Assembly (NCBI GenBank): GCA_964016885.1
Contig: OZ024742.1
Span: 264,430,001-264,494,000 of the forward strand
Source: Eledone cirrhosa
Lineage: Eukaryota
Length of the DNA: 64,000 nucleotides
Reading direction: 5' to 3'
Shown: positions 1 to 13,499 of the stretch, piece after piece
How the letters are laid out: each line of letters opens with the position of its first letter
Position numbering within the stretch: position 1 is the first letter of the stretch
Program-made: the position numbers and the translations under genes
Notes under the pieces: model-generated
Database searches by the model: none
What the model saw: the letters and a program-made list of their open reading frames with translations, nothing else
What the model was told of the DNA's origin: nothing

Positions 1-254
1 CGATAGGATGAAGTACCAGTCATGTACTGGAGTTGATTATATCAACTTTGCTCTTCCTCCAATTTGCTGGTGTGTACTGAAATTAATACTGTATATTATG
101 ATTATAGTTTTAAATATTTATTTCATGCTTTCTTGTGAGATTTTATCTTAACTGCACGACTAATTTATAGTTAGGGACTACTAATTTGTATGCTTATAAA
201 TATATTAAAGTAAATATATTTTTACACTTGTTTCGATGTTCATCACCTTAGGTA

Positions 255-760
255 GGTTGAGTTGGTTCCAACCAGTGCATCTATAGCATCCGCTATTGCA
301 CAGCGATCACAGACGTCCAGCATGGATATTGTCAACCAGTCACGATTTTATCGACAGACATCATGCGAGGACCTGATATTAGCTCAAGATCCGACATGAT
401 CATGCCAATCCAAGTTTTCAGCTGACTACCTTACCATTAATACCATCGCGAGAAAGGCTCATGTACAACTGTATCGTTGTTGAATTCACCTCATAGGCGG
501 CTGAATGAGTGACCAACTTAATGGAGGACGATTTTGAGCAGTTGTTGAAAGGAATCAATCCAGCAGCACAGTGACATATTTAAGAGTGGCAAACAATTCC
601 AGCTTGCATAAACCTGTCGTTCCTATGGCTACGTCTCACAACCATAAAGAAGGATGGTGAAAACGATGCGGGTTTTTGTAGCAAGTTGGGTCTCTGATCT
701 AGACCAGAGCCGGCTTTGAAGATGACAGAATGTACCCCGCACACTGTTGGTGAGGACATC
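255..760 (-). mobile_element. Decayed 3' fragment of an RTE-clade LINE
   Basis: Minus strand reads FTILLYGCET*P (RTE ILLYGCETW motif) and LKTWIGMIMSDLELISGP..DWL.., typical of RTE ORF2 C-termini; stops and frameshifts present. Confidence 0.7.
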
Positions 761-1627
761 TATCTCCTTTTTAAAGGTGTGACAGTAAATTATGTTCTTC
801 ATATATAAGTTTATATATTATTAATATTTGGTCTATACCCATGGATAAATAGTATCTTAGATGTACATCCATTTGGGTATAGTTGGTATTTATATACCGA
901 TAATATTACACATTTCACAGTGTACAGTTTCTATTTAGACATGTACAAAACTGGTTTTTATTAATAATCTCTGAACTGTAGTCAACTGTAATATGTTTCA
1001 TCAACATTCATTTCCCCAAAGTAACACCTTGTAGATGAATAATTAGACTTGAAAATCATAACTACTGTTTGTTTTTGCTTATTGTATTAGTTGGGGTCTT
1101 TTTTCGTTGGAAAACAAATTATTTCTCCGAGCATTCTAGACATTAGAAGATTAATATTTCATTTAATTATATTAAATAGTATCTTAAAACCCGGGAATAA
1201 CGGAGAAAAATACATATTTTATAATTAACCTAATGTATCTCCTTATCGTACGCTAAAATTAAGCTGCGGTAATTCTTTAAAAAAATTAGCAGATGTGTTT
1301 TCATCATTCAATTTTAATCAATTCGATAAAATATTTGATTTTCTCCGTACATCAGGTTATCAACCAGCGATGTTTATGGCAGTTATTATTTAAAATAATT
1401 TCTTCGTTGGCTAATTAGTAACTTTTATTGACTCCCGATGGCTATAATATTAAACAAGCGTTGCTGATGACCTTTTTTCTCATTAAAAATATAATGTTGC
1501 TTTTGTATCATTGAAACAATTATTTTTATTTATTCTAAATACGAATATATACTGAGGAAATTACTTATATTCAACACCGATATATTGAAACAATTTGACT
1601 ACAGTACGGTATTCATTCCTTAAGAGA

Positions 1628-1643
1628 TTATATATATACATGA

Positions 1644-1695
<52 letters not shown>

Positions 1696-1705
1696 CTTTC
1701 TTTAT

Positions 1706-1771
<66 letters not shown>

Positions 1772-1775
1772 CACA
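1628..1775. repeat. Compound (CA)n/(TA)n microsatellite, duplicated
   Basis: Directly visible. Confidence 0.95.
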
Positions 1776-1949
1776 TACTTGTATTGTATTGTATTGGTGA
1801 TTGGGTAGTGAACTGCTTATAAAAGGAAGACTATATTTTGGTCACAACAGTATTTTGAAATACTACAGATACAATTATATTTCTCGCTTGAATCTAATAC
1901 CACATGATACGTACGTTCCTCGTAACTAACACGTTCAACATCAGCAGCA

Positions 1950-2781
1950 TCACGAATTAATCACCCAACAAAAGCAAATTGGCCGATTACTGACTAAATG
2001 GCCTGAATGTACCGGTCGATACCGATTAATCGACCGCCGATTACCTATAATATGCATTGTGTTATGGAAATCCTTGATATAATTAAAAGTAATATATTGT
2101 AATACTTCACGATTAATCACATTTATAGACCTACTATTTTGGAGGATATGATGCGAAAATTGAGATAACATATATATGCCTGCGAGAAATCGGATATGCT
2201 CTGAAAATAGAGTAATTTTGACGCTTTTACATTATAATTTAAGAATTTGGAGATTTGATAATTACATTTTCTTTTATTTTAATTGTTTTGTTGTGTAAGT
2301 TTACAAGGATCATTATTACTGGGAAATGTTAGAATACCTTTAAATAAACATGTAATCGGAATCTTTACAATCTTAAAATTAACTTTTTTAATATACTAAT
2401 TAAGCACATATCCTCACAGGTTAGTAGGAAGATCTTTCTTCCAAGTTGAAACCCTTTAACCTACAGGTAGTTACACCCTCTAGGTAGTCCCTAGTAATTT
2501 CCAGTTGTGTAGATCAGTGCCTTTGAGTACTAGGAATGAATCATATTACACAGGTTGGCTTAGACTGTATACCCAAGGAAATAATAGACGTTTTACGTAT
2601 CTCCACACTTTGAATTCAATGTGTTTTCTGAATTTCTCTATCACCCGTGGTTTTCTGTCTCTAACATACGTGCCTAACAATAGAAAACTTTAAAAACTAT
2701 AGTGGCCGATTATCAAAACCGATAGATTAATCGATAAAATGGCCGATTCTGAGTAACTGCCAATTAATCGGTGCACCACTA
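1950..2781. mobile_element. Possible decayed hAT-like non-autonomous DNA transposon
   Basis: Clusters of CCGATTA-type subterminal repeats at 1980-2045 and 2700-2770; right end reads TAGTGGTGCACCGATTAATT on the minus strand; left TIR not clearly found. Confidence 0.3.
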
Positions 2782-3050
2782 ATATATATGACCTCAGCCA
2801 CATGACCACATTGCTGACAGGGCAGTTAGTTAATGTGTATCTGTTGTTATGTGGGAGTAGATCCTTAGACAAGACTTTCTTCGGTGAGGACCAAAATTGC
2901 ACCAGTTGCCTTTTCAAACCCTTCCTATAGATCGCTTGTCGGGTTGCAGTGGTTCCCACATTGAAGTATGGTAATTTCAGGTAGCATACACAATCCTTTG
3001 GGGTATACGATGTTCTTGGTGGAGTTGGGTTAATGATGTTTGGCAAGGTT
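2782..3050 (-). pseudogene. Penelope-like (Poseidon/Neptune-type) RT-endonuclease linker remnant
   Basis: ORF 2690..3046(-) contains YLKLPY...KDLLP...SNVV..RSYI, matching the PLE linker and GIY-YIG start. Confidence 0.5.
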
Positions 3051-4771
3051 AAATTATTTCTTCTACGTAGTCTCTGTTTGTTGAAGACGTGTGATTAGAA
3101 GAGCAGTGATGGCCAAGAACTGCAGAGAAAACTAAATGGGAGTACAGTGGACAAGAGGCTCAGTTGTATATTATACATTCCAGCCTTCATTTCCACATCT
3201 TTTTTTCTTTTTTACTGTTTTGCCATGCCTGCAATTGTGGACCCGTATTCTCCAGTACAGTGTGTCACCACGGTCCTTTGTTATCGTCACGGTCCTTTGT
3301 CATCCCTTTCGTTAGTTTCAAGTTCACGATATACGAGAATGTACAACTGAAAGTTCTACTTTGTCATTTATACATCCTCTGTGACAGGAAAGTTGGCAGG
3401 TGCTCATTAGCAATGTGGTTTCCCGGAATATCAAATATATGAAGTTCAAATCTCCTCAACGAAGGGCTTGTTTATTTCTTTTCATCCTAGACTAGCCAGA
3501 TTGGGTCCCAAATCGTCAATTACGATACTTTTTTACACTCTACCTTTGTGTGAATTTGGATTACTTTCTACTATTAGGACTGCTACGTTTGTATTTTATT
3601 TTCTAATTTATATTAATAATATATTTGACCTATCAATCAAATTTACAAACTGAGGCATATTTGGCTTGTATTTCTAGCACGTAAAGCGAACACACACAAG
3701 CAATTAGTGGGGTGGAGTATGTCTGGGTGATACTCGAGTATTCCATTGTACTTTCATGTGATGAACTGTCGCACCTTATATTCAAAGATCGACGAAGTGT
3801 GCACAGGCTAAGTATTTAAAAAAATAAATCTCGATTGTTCCAAAACTATACACATTTATACAAAGAGCAGAAACTGGAATGACAAATATAATAAATCCTG
3901 GCTAATTGATCCACAATTTTCAAATCGGGTGACAAATGTAAGATACTATAGTAATGTAGTTTTATGCATATTGCATGACTTTAAATACGGGCTTGCAAAA
4001 TCGATTTAAAAAATCATGTGTGAGCAATTAAACATAAAATCAGTGCTGTAATAAACTAAACTTCACAGCAAACTATCAAAGCAGATCTTTTTCCAGTAGC
4101 AAATTAACAAAATTAGAATTACAGTTTTCAATATCTGTAACATGAGAAGCAAGTATCCTTAGTGTCAGTCATATATTTTGATGATAGCTTATTAATAAAT
4201 GAATTCCTTCATCATTTACAATTGATTTGAAAATGCACGATAATTATTAAAAAATAGTACTGCTCCATTCTTACTGAAAGAACAAACTGAAGACATTAAT
4301 AAAAGTTAGCTTTCCTTTATTTTTAACAAGTCATATAATATACGTGTGTTAAAAAGGAACGTGCGTTAGATACTATAATAAACGACAAAGCAATATTGTT
4401 TCATAAATGTTAAGATTAACGTCTGTTACAAAAGCTATTGTTGCATTAAGTTGTGAATATGCTCTTAATATATTGCCATTAATAACAAATTCTGTTTTGT
4501 TATTGCAGCAGATACAACTTCAAACCTTTGTAGAATTAATAATTTTCTCTACGAGTTAATGAAATTAGATAATATAAATTTGATTTTTATAAAATACATT
4601 TGCTACTCTCCCCATTCAACATTTCCCAGGTTATTAAAGAATTATTTTCGAGCATTGATCGTGTATTAAAGAGGAATTTACAACAGGGTCTACAGTTCTG
4701 AGCTGCCAAGAGAATCTTACATTAAAATATATTATATCACACACATACACACACACATACAAAACACACAT

Positions 4772-4884
<113 letters not shown>

Positions 4885-4900
4885 ACGTATACATATATAT

Positions 4901-5440
4901 ACTTCGTGTGGCAATAAAGTCTTTAGAATAGTAAGCTGTGTGCCGTATATAACAGTAAATGTAGTAAATATTAGTTGCAATTTGAACTTTGTTGTACGCG
5001 TATGAATGCTGTATTTTGTCACAGGCCTATACCTAATTATTTTGCTGTCATTCTTGTGAGTTTATAATACCCTCATCGAACTACTCAATCTATAAAATAT
5101 TTTTTCCAGAGGAGAAGAGTGGCAATGATAAAAAAAATCACCATATAGTTCTGACTTAAATGTGTGCGATCGTTGGGTGTTTGAGTTATTAAAGCAACAT
5201 CTTTGAAAATTTGTTTTCGCTTTATTAGAAGAGATGGTAGATGAATCGTTGCGCTGGAATTGACAATTGCCGAAAGAACGGTTCCAGAAGAGTTAAATGC
5301 TTAACATAAGCACTGTAAAGATGTTATTGCATTCTTGCATTCAATGGAGATTATGTTTTACAGAATAAATAAATTTGTTTCAATATGTTGAGCATTTTGA
5401 TTTAAAGGGTTATTCTAAAGACTTTATTGCCACGCCAAGT
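4901..5440. mobile_element. ~540-bp non-coding repeat with 30-bp inverted ends in (TA)n; second copy at 49203-49670
   Basis: ACTTCGTGTGGCAATAAAGTCTTTAGAATA (4901-4930) is inverted at 5411-5440; the body aligns in reverse complement to 49203-49670. Confidence 0.65.
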
Positions 5441-5674
5441 ATATAGCATATGTACATCATATATATATATTTATATATATTTAGGTTTGAAGGTTCACCA
5501 CTGGATAGAGCTGGTCATTCCGTATGGTCAATCTTGATGTAATAATATGGAGAGTACTCAACGTAAAGCAGCTCAACCGTCTTCGTTTGTGTAGTTGGTG
5601 GTGCGAGTACGGAGTTAAATATTATAATAAAATAACAGGAGGCTGGACTTGTGTAAATCCTTGAAAGGTTTATT

Positions 5675-5732
5675 ATACTATGATCATTCAAATGACCTAG
5701 TTCCGTATGAATCCGGTGATATCATCAGGTAT
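5675..5732 (-). ncRNA. Type-I hammerhead copy in left arm, GAAA disrupted
   Basis: Reverse complement of 7541-7598 but reads TTTGAATGATC instead of TTGAAATGATC. Confidence 0.55.
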
Positions 5733-7540
5733 TCGAAATATAATAAATGAATGTAACAGATAACATCCATAAAATCATAGACCCGAGGACGACCGACCAT
5801 CTAGCATCTTCCACTTTAGCCGGTCGCCCTCAAGTGCTGGCTATTCGGTCTACCTAAGGCTATCTGGTGAGGGGGCGAAAGCTTATAATGTGCTACTAAC
5901 CTCCCGGTCAAAGAGAAGAAAAAGACAGAAAGAAAGAAGAAAATCAGCGTTAAAGTCATGCTACAATCAGGCTAGGAATTTCCGCGAAAAATGTTATTCT
6001 AAAGAACCTATATCTTAACAGAGGTATATATTATAACAGAGGTATATATTATAACAGAGGTATATATAGTGGGCGTCTGCATGGTATAATGTGTGAACAG
6101 AAAATTGGAACGTTAAATTTTTGTTTAGATTTATAGGATGAAATAAAAAAAAAATTTAAGTTAAAATTATAATTATAAAATTTAAAAAAATTAGAAAATT
6201 AAAAATTAAACAGTTTAAAAACAATTTATGGTTTGGGTTGCGAGATTTAGTTAAAGAATTTACAGAGAGAGTCTTTTATGAAAAAATTTTAAGTGTATTA
6301 TAGAGATCCTCGATAAGTTTTCAGGGTGGGATATAGAGTAAAGATTAAGTCCTTGTTTAGCAGTCAAACAGCAACGCGGGGACCTAGATATAGTCCATTT
6401 GCACTTTTCATCGGATTTTATAATTGATTACACGCGATGATCCGACTGGTGAGGTGGTTTTCCTGGCTGCGGGCCCGGCGCCCTCGTGCATAAGCCTCCC
6501 TTGAGTGCTTGGAAAAACAAATTTCCCCTTCTTTCGGTAAATGAAATTACTCGGAGCGGCTGGCTTCGCCTCGGGGCCCGCCGCGCCGCCGTTTTTGACC
6601 CCCATATAATACCTTTAAATTCTAGGCCTAATCATAACTATTAGCTGTATCATGCCTCCCTCTATTGGCACTTAAACAAATCCCCCTCCTGTGTAAATTA
6701 ATAGTACTCGTTTGGTATAACGATGGCCTGACGACGATGGCTGACTTCCCACTAGCACACCCGAAGCCTAGAACAGTTACATTCTTCGAGCGTTCGGAAA
6801 AATTGATTTCCATATCTCTCGTTAGACGTTTTCACTCGGAATGGCTGACACGTGGTTAGGATGGGCTGGCCGGAGTCTGCAGTTGTCGCGTGCTGTTTGA
6901 CTGCTAAACAAGGACTTAATCTTTACTCTATATCCCACCCTGAAAACTTATCGAGGATCTCTATAATACACTTAAATTTTTTTCATAAAAGACTCTCTCT
7001 GTAAATTCTTTAACTAAATCTCGCAACCCAAACCATAAATTATTTTTAAACTGTTTAATTTTTAATTTTCTAATTTTTTTAAATTCTATAATTTTAATCT
7101 TTAATTTAATTTTTTTTTTATTTCATCCTATAAATCTAAACAAAAATTTAACGTTCCAATTTTCTGTTCACACATTATACCATGCAGACGCCCACTATAT
7201 ATACCTCTGTTATAATATATACCTCTGTTATAATATATACCTCTGTTAAGATATAGGCTCTTTAGAATAACATTTTTCGCGGAAATTCCTAGCCTGATTG
7301 TAGCATGACATTAACGCTGACTTTTCTTCTTTCTTTCTGTCTTTTTTTTTCTCTTTGACCGGGAGGTTAGTAGCACATTATAAGCTTTCGCCTCCTCACC
7401 AGATAGCCTTAAGTAGACCGAATGGCCAGCACTTGAGGGCGACCGGCTAAAGTGGAAGATGCTAGATGGTCGGTCGTCCTCGGGTCTATGATTTTCAGCC
7501 CCATGGATTTTATCTGTTACATTCTTTTATTATATTTCGA

Positions 7541-7598
7541 ATACCTGATGATATCACCGGATTCCTACGGAACTAGGTCATTGAAATGATCATAGTAT
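7541..7598 (+). ncRNA. Minimal type-I hammerhead ribozyme
   Basis: ATAC-CTGATGA-[stem II ATCACC..TTCC TAC GGAA..GGTCAT]-GAAA-TGATCA (palindromic stem III)-TA^GTAT; stem I ATAC/GTAT. Confidence 0.75.
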
Positions 7599-7730
7599 AA
7601 TAAACCTTTCAAGGATTTACACAAGTCCAGCCTCCTGTTATTTTATTATTATATATATATTTTGAATAATATATATATAATAATAAAATAACAGGAGGCT
7701 GGACTTGTGTAAATCCTTGAAAGGTTTATT

Positions 7731-7788
7731 ATACTATGATCATTTCAATGACCTAGTTCCGTATGAATCCGGTGATATCATCAGGTAT
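7731..7788 (-). ncRNA. Type-I hammerhead, third copy (intact core)
   Basis: Reverse complement of the 7541-7598 motif inside partial copy 7677-7889. Confidence 0.7.
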
Positions 7789-8043
7789 TCGAAATATAAT
7801 AAAAGAATGTAACAGATAAAATCTATGGGGCTGAAAATCATAGACCCGAGGACGACCGAAGATGCTAGATGGTCGGTCGTCCTCGGGTCAAAATATTAAC
7901 AAAATATTATTCAAAATATTAACAAATGAAAGATATTCACATAATCAAAAGGTATGCTTTATTATATATATTTCAAAGGTACTGTGTTGTTTTTTTGTGT
8001 TGTTTCTTTTCAGTACGTCCTCATATATATGTGTATATATATA

Positions 8044-8077
<34 letters not shown>

Positions 8078-8427
8078 GATTTTGAGTTTATGTTGGTTGT
8101 ATACCAACACTTCAGTATGCAGGCTGGAGCACTCGACGAAGTGCGCAGGTTGGTTTGGTTACTCCGGAGTAGTGTAAAATAAAGTTAAATAAAAGTCAAA
8201 TGATTAAAATGACTCCAGTTCCCCAGTGAATTAACAACCCAACAAGGAACTGGGCATATCAGAGTATTGACAATATCATACACCTAAACAACATATGTAC
8301 TTGTCTATACCATACTAATTCAAACTGCCTGAAGAGGTCACAGCCAAAGATGGCTGTCACTGAAATATATATAGCAGTAATAAACGAAGCTAAATTTTAA
8401 TCATTTGACTTTTATTTAACTTTATTT

Positions 8428-8429
<2 letters not shown>
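8078..8429 (+). mobile_element. Mini fold-back PLE derivative with HHR
   Basis: 36-bp inverted repeat 8175-8210 / 8394-8429, tail 8078-8174 containing GAGCACTCGAC, HHR at 8324-8378, (TA)n flanks; homologous to 10310-10830. Confidence 0.75.
8324..8378 (+). ncRNA. Minimal type-I hammerhead ribozyme
   Basis: ACTGC-CTGAAGA-GGTCACAGCCA AAGA TGGCTGTCACT-GAAA-TATATA-TA^GCAGT; stem I ACTGC/GCAGT is perfect. Confidence 0.85.
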
Positions 8430-8460
<31 letters not shown>

Positions 8461-8461
8461 T

Positions 8462-8549
<88 letters not shown>

Positions 8550-8661
8550 CATATATATATATTTATTTACATATATATATTTACATATATATATATATTT
8601 ATTTACATATATATATATATATTTATTTACATATATATATATATTTATTTACATATATATA

Positions 8662-8694
<33 letters not shown>

Positions 8695-8699
8695 TTATT

Positions 8700-8790
<91 letters not shown>
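8430..8790. repeat. (TA)n / degenerate TTTAC(AT)n / (TG)n microsatellite block
   Basis: Directly visible. Confidence 0.95.
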
Positions 8791-8794
<4 letters not shown>

Positions 8795-8872
8795 GATAAA
8801 CAGAAATAACACAATCGGTACAGTATATGGACGGGATATATTAGGTTTACGCTGGATATAGCAGGAAGAGGG

Positions 8873-8908
8873 TGTTAACGTTTCGACGTTAGTCCTTCAT
8901 CAGAAGAA
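8873..8908 (-). ncRNA. Hammerhead-like core (PLE pLTR remnant), stem I weak
   Basis: Minus strand CTGATGA-AG-GAC TAAC GTC-GAAACGTTA; stem I not well paired. Confidence 0.45.
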
Positions 8909-9140
8909 AGAATGAGAAATAAGATAGATTGAGGGGACGGGCGGGTTTGAATTGGAAAAAATGTCTTTAGATAAAATTAACAGGTCCACTCATGTTGACA
9001 TCTCTTGTAAAACCGTTGGTGCTGGCGTTTTGTGTATGATTTATTTTTTAGAAAAGTGGATGATGGAGCGCGTCTACCTGAAATAGAAAAAAAAACATTA
9101 TGTAAAAAGAGCTATACTTGTGCACGTGCGTAATCATGTG

Positions 9141-9266
<126 letters not shown>

Positions 9267-10309
9267 GTACGTCCGTACAAAGCTAAGAAGAAAAGTGTGT
9301 ATCTGTGAGTAAAAGAGTGTGTGTGCATGCAAGTACGAAGCTATGAGCAAAAGTATGTTAATATAAGGGTGTGTATGTGTCTATACATAGCAGTGAAGGG
9401 AAACGTGGAGTGAGCATATATAGTCGGCATATATTAGTTGTAAGAGAAGCTGCTAATGATCAAGAGAAAGCGATATGGATCTAGATACATATAGTAATTT
9501 GTTCAGTAGATTCTTGGTTTACTGGGGAAAGTACCAAAATCAGCATTCTATGCTATGGCAGAGTGTTTATATTAAAAACAAAGCGAGGTTTCACATTTAT
9601 GTCTCTATTGATTATACACAGTTTCAACCGTACAACCGTTTCACAGATGGGTGGCTCATGATCTATGTAAATGCTATTGCCCCGACTCCGGTCCGATCTG
9701 TTCTTTAGACCTGTTAATCTAACAAAACCAAAGTCTCATCTCTACACCATATATAGTTACGGATTGTGAGGGATGTTTCTATTTAAATTTAATAACTAAC
9801 TTCTTATTTTGGATTATTTTTCAGCCCATGTTCTACTTATTTAAAATTTTTCTCTACGTTTAGAAAATTGATCTGATAAACCTACATGTAAATGTATATT
9901 ACTTAGTAATTCATTATTTTATGCATAACATTGTGTATAGGTAGTATACCTACATCTTTTAAATTATAAGCCTTGCTGCGAAAGATAAATAAATGTAAAC
10001 CCATTTCTATGTATCTGAAAAAATATTGAGGTTGTCCTGGCATGTTTAATGTTTAGTTGGAAATTCATCACAGACCAAGTTAGTACCTATATTCTCCACT
10101 GGGAATCTGAACGATTGTAGCTTTTTATATTTCACGCAAACCTGAACTGTGTTTAAGTGACCAGTTTAATCTGCATAACTGTATATTCATTGGCAACGTT
10201 GATGCAATATAGAAATTTTTTATGCTCCATACAGTGTATGTTATATAATCTGAAATCATATATGTACACACACACACACAGCCCATATATATATATATTT
10301 TTTTTTTTT

Positions 10310-10828
10310 GCACTCGACCACGTGAAATGGTGGCAGGATAGATGCTAACCTATACACAAATTCCTCAGAACATAGCAGCAGCACACTGAAGTTGACCTGC
10401 CAGCTGACCCCTTAACACCACTACCAACACAATGGAAGAGGTCAGCTGTACTTAAACATCCGGACAAAATCAACTACAACAGATTGACTTGCCTCAGAAA
10501 AATTTCTATAGACATTTGACTGAGGAATGTTCTCACAACTGACCAATGGGATGCGAGCGTGTCCTATGACGCCGAAATTCGTTTGTTCTAACCCATATGA
10601 TTCCAGTTCCTCAGAGGAATAACAACACAACCAGGAGCTGGACATATCGATGTATTGACGGAGTAAAACACACTTCAACAACATGTGTGCCTCTCTTTCC
10701 CACACCAATTCGGACTGCCTGAAGGGGTCTCAGCCAATGATGGCTGTCACCGAAATATATATACCAGTATATCTATAATTTATAATAAACGAAGCCAAAT
10801 TTTACATATTTGACTTAATTATTTTATT

Positions 10829-10830
<2 letters not shown>
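10310..10830 (+). mobile_element. Second, older copy of the 8078-8429 HHR family
   Basis: Homologous 3' region; tail motif GCACTCGAC at 10310; HHR 10714-10768 has CTGAAGG (A9G) and a stem I mismatch. Confidence 0.65.
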
Positions 10831-10926
<96 letters not shown>

Positions 10927-10946
10927 CGTGTAAATATATATATATA

Positions 10947-12189
10947 TACGTTGTATGTCCCTAAAGTAAGGGTACTGATATTTTATTTCCATGTTATCTT
11001 CTTTATAATACAACTCTGGGGAAGTTACACTGTGGGACCAACATTTTTTCCCATTGATCGTAGCAGTACCGGATGTCCTTTTCTGTGAATGTCATTAGCT
11101 CATCGGTAACAATTTTTTGTATATTTTACTCAGTCCCAAATCGATGGACGGTAGAAATCACACAGCTAGATCTGGGCTTTAAAGAGGATGTGGAAGAGTG
11201 GGGATGTTTTGTGTTCACCAGAAATTCTCTAATTGAAAATACTGTGAGAGCGGACACGTTATCGTCGTGCATAACTCAAACTCCTACGATGTCCTTTCGG
11301 ATTTGCTGAACCCATTTTCGAAGTCCTTTCAAGACAACTTCGTAGAAAATGCAATTAACTGTCTGTCAGGAATTAAAAAGTCTTTGTGAACAAGACGGGT
11401 GTCAAAGAAACAAACAAAAATGATAATCATCGTTTTCACCCTGTATCTGTTCATGTGTGCTTTATTCGGACAAGGAGAATTTCTCGTGTGTCACTCCTCA
11501 CTTCGCCGTTTTGTCTCTGGATCATAATCAAACACTCATGATTCATCTCCTGTTATTACTTTATTTAAGAAATTTGACTAAATTTTGAGACTTTCTAGCA
11601 TATTTTAACAAATCTCCAACAGTTCGCTTTTATGCTCCAGAGACAAATGTTTGGGCCCTAGTTTTGCACAAATTTTTCGCATTTGCAAACGGTTTGTTAA
11701 AATTTTGTGAACTGCATTTTTACCCAATCCCATTTCTTCTGCAATCATATTAACACTTAATCGGCGATCTTTCGCAATCACTGATCGCACCACTTCTACA
11801 TTTTGTTCATTTGTTGACGAGATTGGCCTTCCAGAACGAGGTTCGTTTCTCGACCCTCTTTGAATGCTTTGTACCAATTAAAAATTTTCTCGATTGAGTG
11901 GCATCTGCATAATCTCGTGTTAAAGAATAAAATGTTTCGGTGGCAGATTTGTTAAACTTCCCACCGTTGTTCGATATTTTCCTGCTTCGCAAACGTGACA
12001 CGTGTTATAAATACGTCTGTACGTAAACAGCAACAACTGACAACTGACTCAACCAATCGTGAAGAAATAAGTATGTACTTGCAGCTAAGGTCATACCCAA
12101 CACGCCTATATACATCAATAATTCAACGAGGTGTTGCGTTACCATGTCGTACATAGGAAAATCAGAATTCTTACTTTTCCGACAAACCT

Positions 12190-12195
<6 letters not shown>
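10947..12195 (-). mobile_element. Decayed mariner transposon (transposase pseudogene)
   Basis: EPRSGRP..DRRLSV..IAEEMG..HKILTNRLQMRKICAK (HTH), ITGDES, DYDPETK, SPDLAVCDF motifs; degenerate TIRs flanked by TA. Confidence 0.85.
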
Positions 12196-12227
<32 letters not shown>

Positions 12228-12229
<2 letters not shown>

Positions 12230-12333
12230 AAAAGAGTCAGGACCCCACGACTGAGCTCCGGCCGTTTCGAGTTTCGACAGCTAGTAGTCTGGTGCGTTAT
12301 GGTCCACCTGGTTCTTTACCATAGTTTCTTTGT

Positions 12334-12335
<2 letters not shown>
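12228..12335. mobile_element. 108-bp mini-derivative of the 49975-52353 PLE family
   Basis: Inverted 3'-end piece (HHR stem III/I half) fused to the family tail; (TA)n flanks. Confidence 0.6.
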
Positions 12336-12394
<59 letters not shown>

Positions 12395-12735
12395 CTATAT
12401 AAAAGGGTTTTTGTATCTGTGTATGTGTGTGTGTAGTTCAAGAATAAACAAGACAAATACAGAGATACAAAAACACTTTTATATAGCAATAATTTCTACG
12501 GGATTAGAACTGTTTCATTCTTATGAAATCATTAATGCTTTCATACGAATGAAAGAGTTCTAGCCATGTAGGTGTCATTTCTATATAAAAATAGATGCCT
12601 ATATTCTACCAACGTTTTATTGAGTACTTTCTCTTAACTGAGTAACTGAGGTGATCTCCTGACACTCATCGGGAATCCACCCATAATTATATATATATAT
12701 ATATATACATATAATGTTCGATGTATATATATGGG

Positions 12736-12770
<35 letters not shown>

Positions 12771-12789
12771 GTGTGCGTATATATACACC

Positions 12790-13140
12790 GAGCATTACAC
12801 GAGAATGCTTAGGATGGCTCCGAACATTAATCAGTATATACTGAGGATGAAGAACTCAGAGCTGTACGGGAGCCTCCCAAAAGTCAGCTTGAAAGTAACA
12901 ATGAGGAGACTGAGGTTAGCTGGACATGATCACCGACATTCAGAGTTGATACCGCACTCAGTGCTCATGTGGGAGCCCCTACACGGACACACTAGAATAG
13001 GGAGACCGAGGTTGACATATGTTGATGCCCTAAGGACAGACACAAGTCTCTTGGAGACGCAGGACATGGCGGCGATGATGAAGGACAGAGACCGCTGGAG
13101 AGAACTCGTCCATGGATATCGGAAATTTTACCCGCCCTAG
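12790..13140 (+). pseudogene. RTE-clade LINE ORF2 C-terminal fragment
   Basis: YTRMLRMA..NSELYGSLPKVS..RRLRLAGH..LMWEP..GRPRLTYVD..MKDRDRWRELV. Confidence 0.85.
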
Positions 13141-13499
13141 ATATATATAAATATATATATATACATAGGATAACAATGTATCGTTTAAGGTAATCCAGCT
13201 AGAAGTTATGAGTACTCTGTATCGAGGATAGTATTAACGTATGGTGTTGTTTGACTCAACAAGAAGTTTCTTTAGTCGGGTGGTCGGTTTAAGAAAGTTC
13301 CTTGGCAGACGGTTCTTGTAGTATTCTGACGATTTGGTCGGATACTGACTGTAGTTAAGGTCGTGTGACGTAACTTCTAACGATCAGCGGCTTTTAGACT
13401 CACCTGATTAAAGAAACAATTGTTAATACTGTAAATAAACCCTACTGTACAGCCGACCATGTTATTCTTCATTCTTTTGCTATATATATATGTATATAT

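Larger units (their letters stand above)
5482..7650 (+). mobile_element. Non-autonomous fold-back PLE (Hydra-type derivative) with ~760-bp inverted arms and HHR
   Basis: Arms 5622-6378 and 6887-7650 are near-identical inverted copies; extra tail 5482-5621 on the left arm only; internal part encodes degenerate PLE linker motifs (VWYN..DFPLAHP..; CSCRVLFDC = CxCx5C); HHR near the 3' end; (TA)n flanks. Confidence 0.75.

Noticed and set aside
5864-5886. CTGGTGA-GGGGGC-GAAAGC as an extra hammerhead
   Set aside because: A6 is missing and stem II cannot form; it is only a GC-GAAA-GC tetraloop hairpin.
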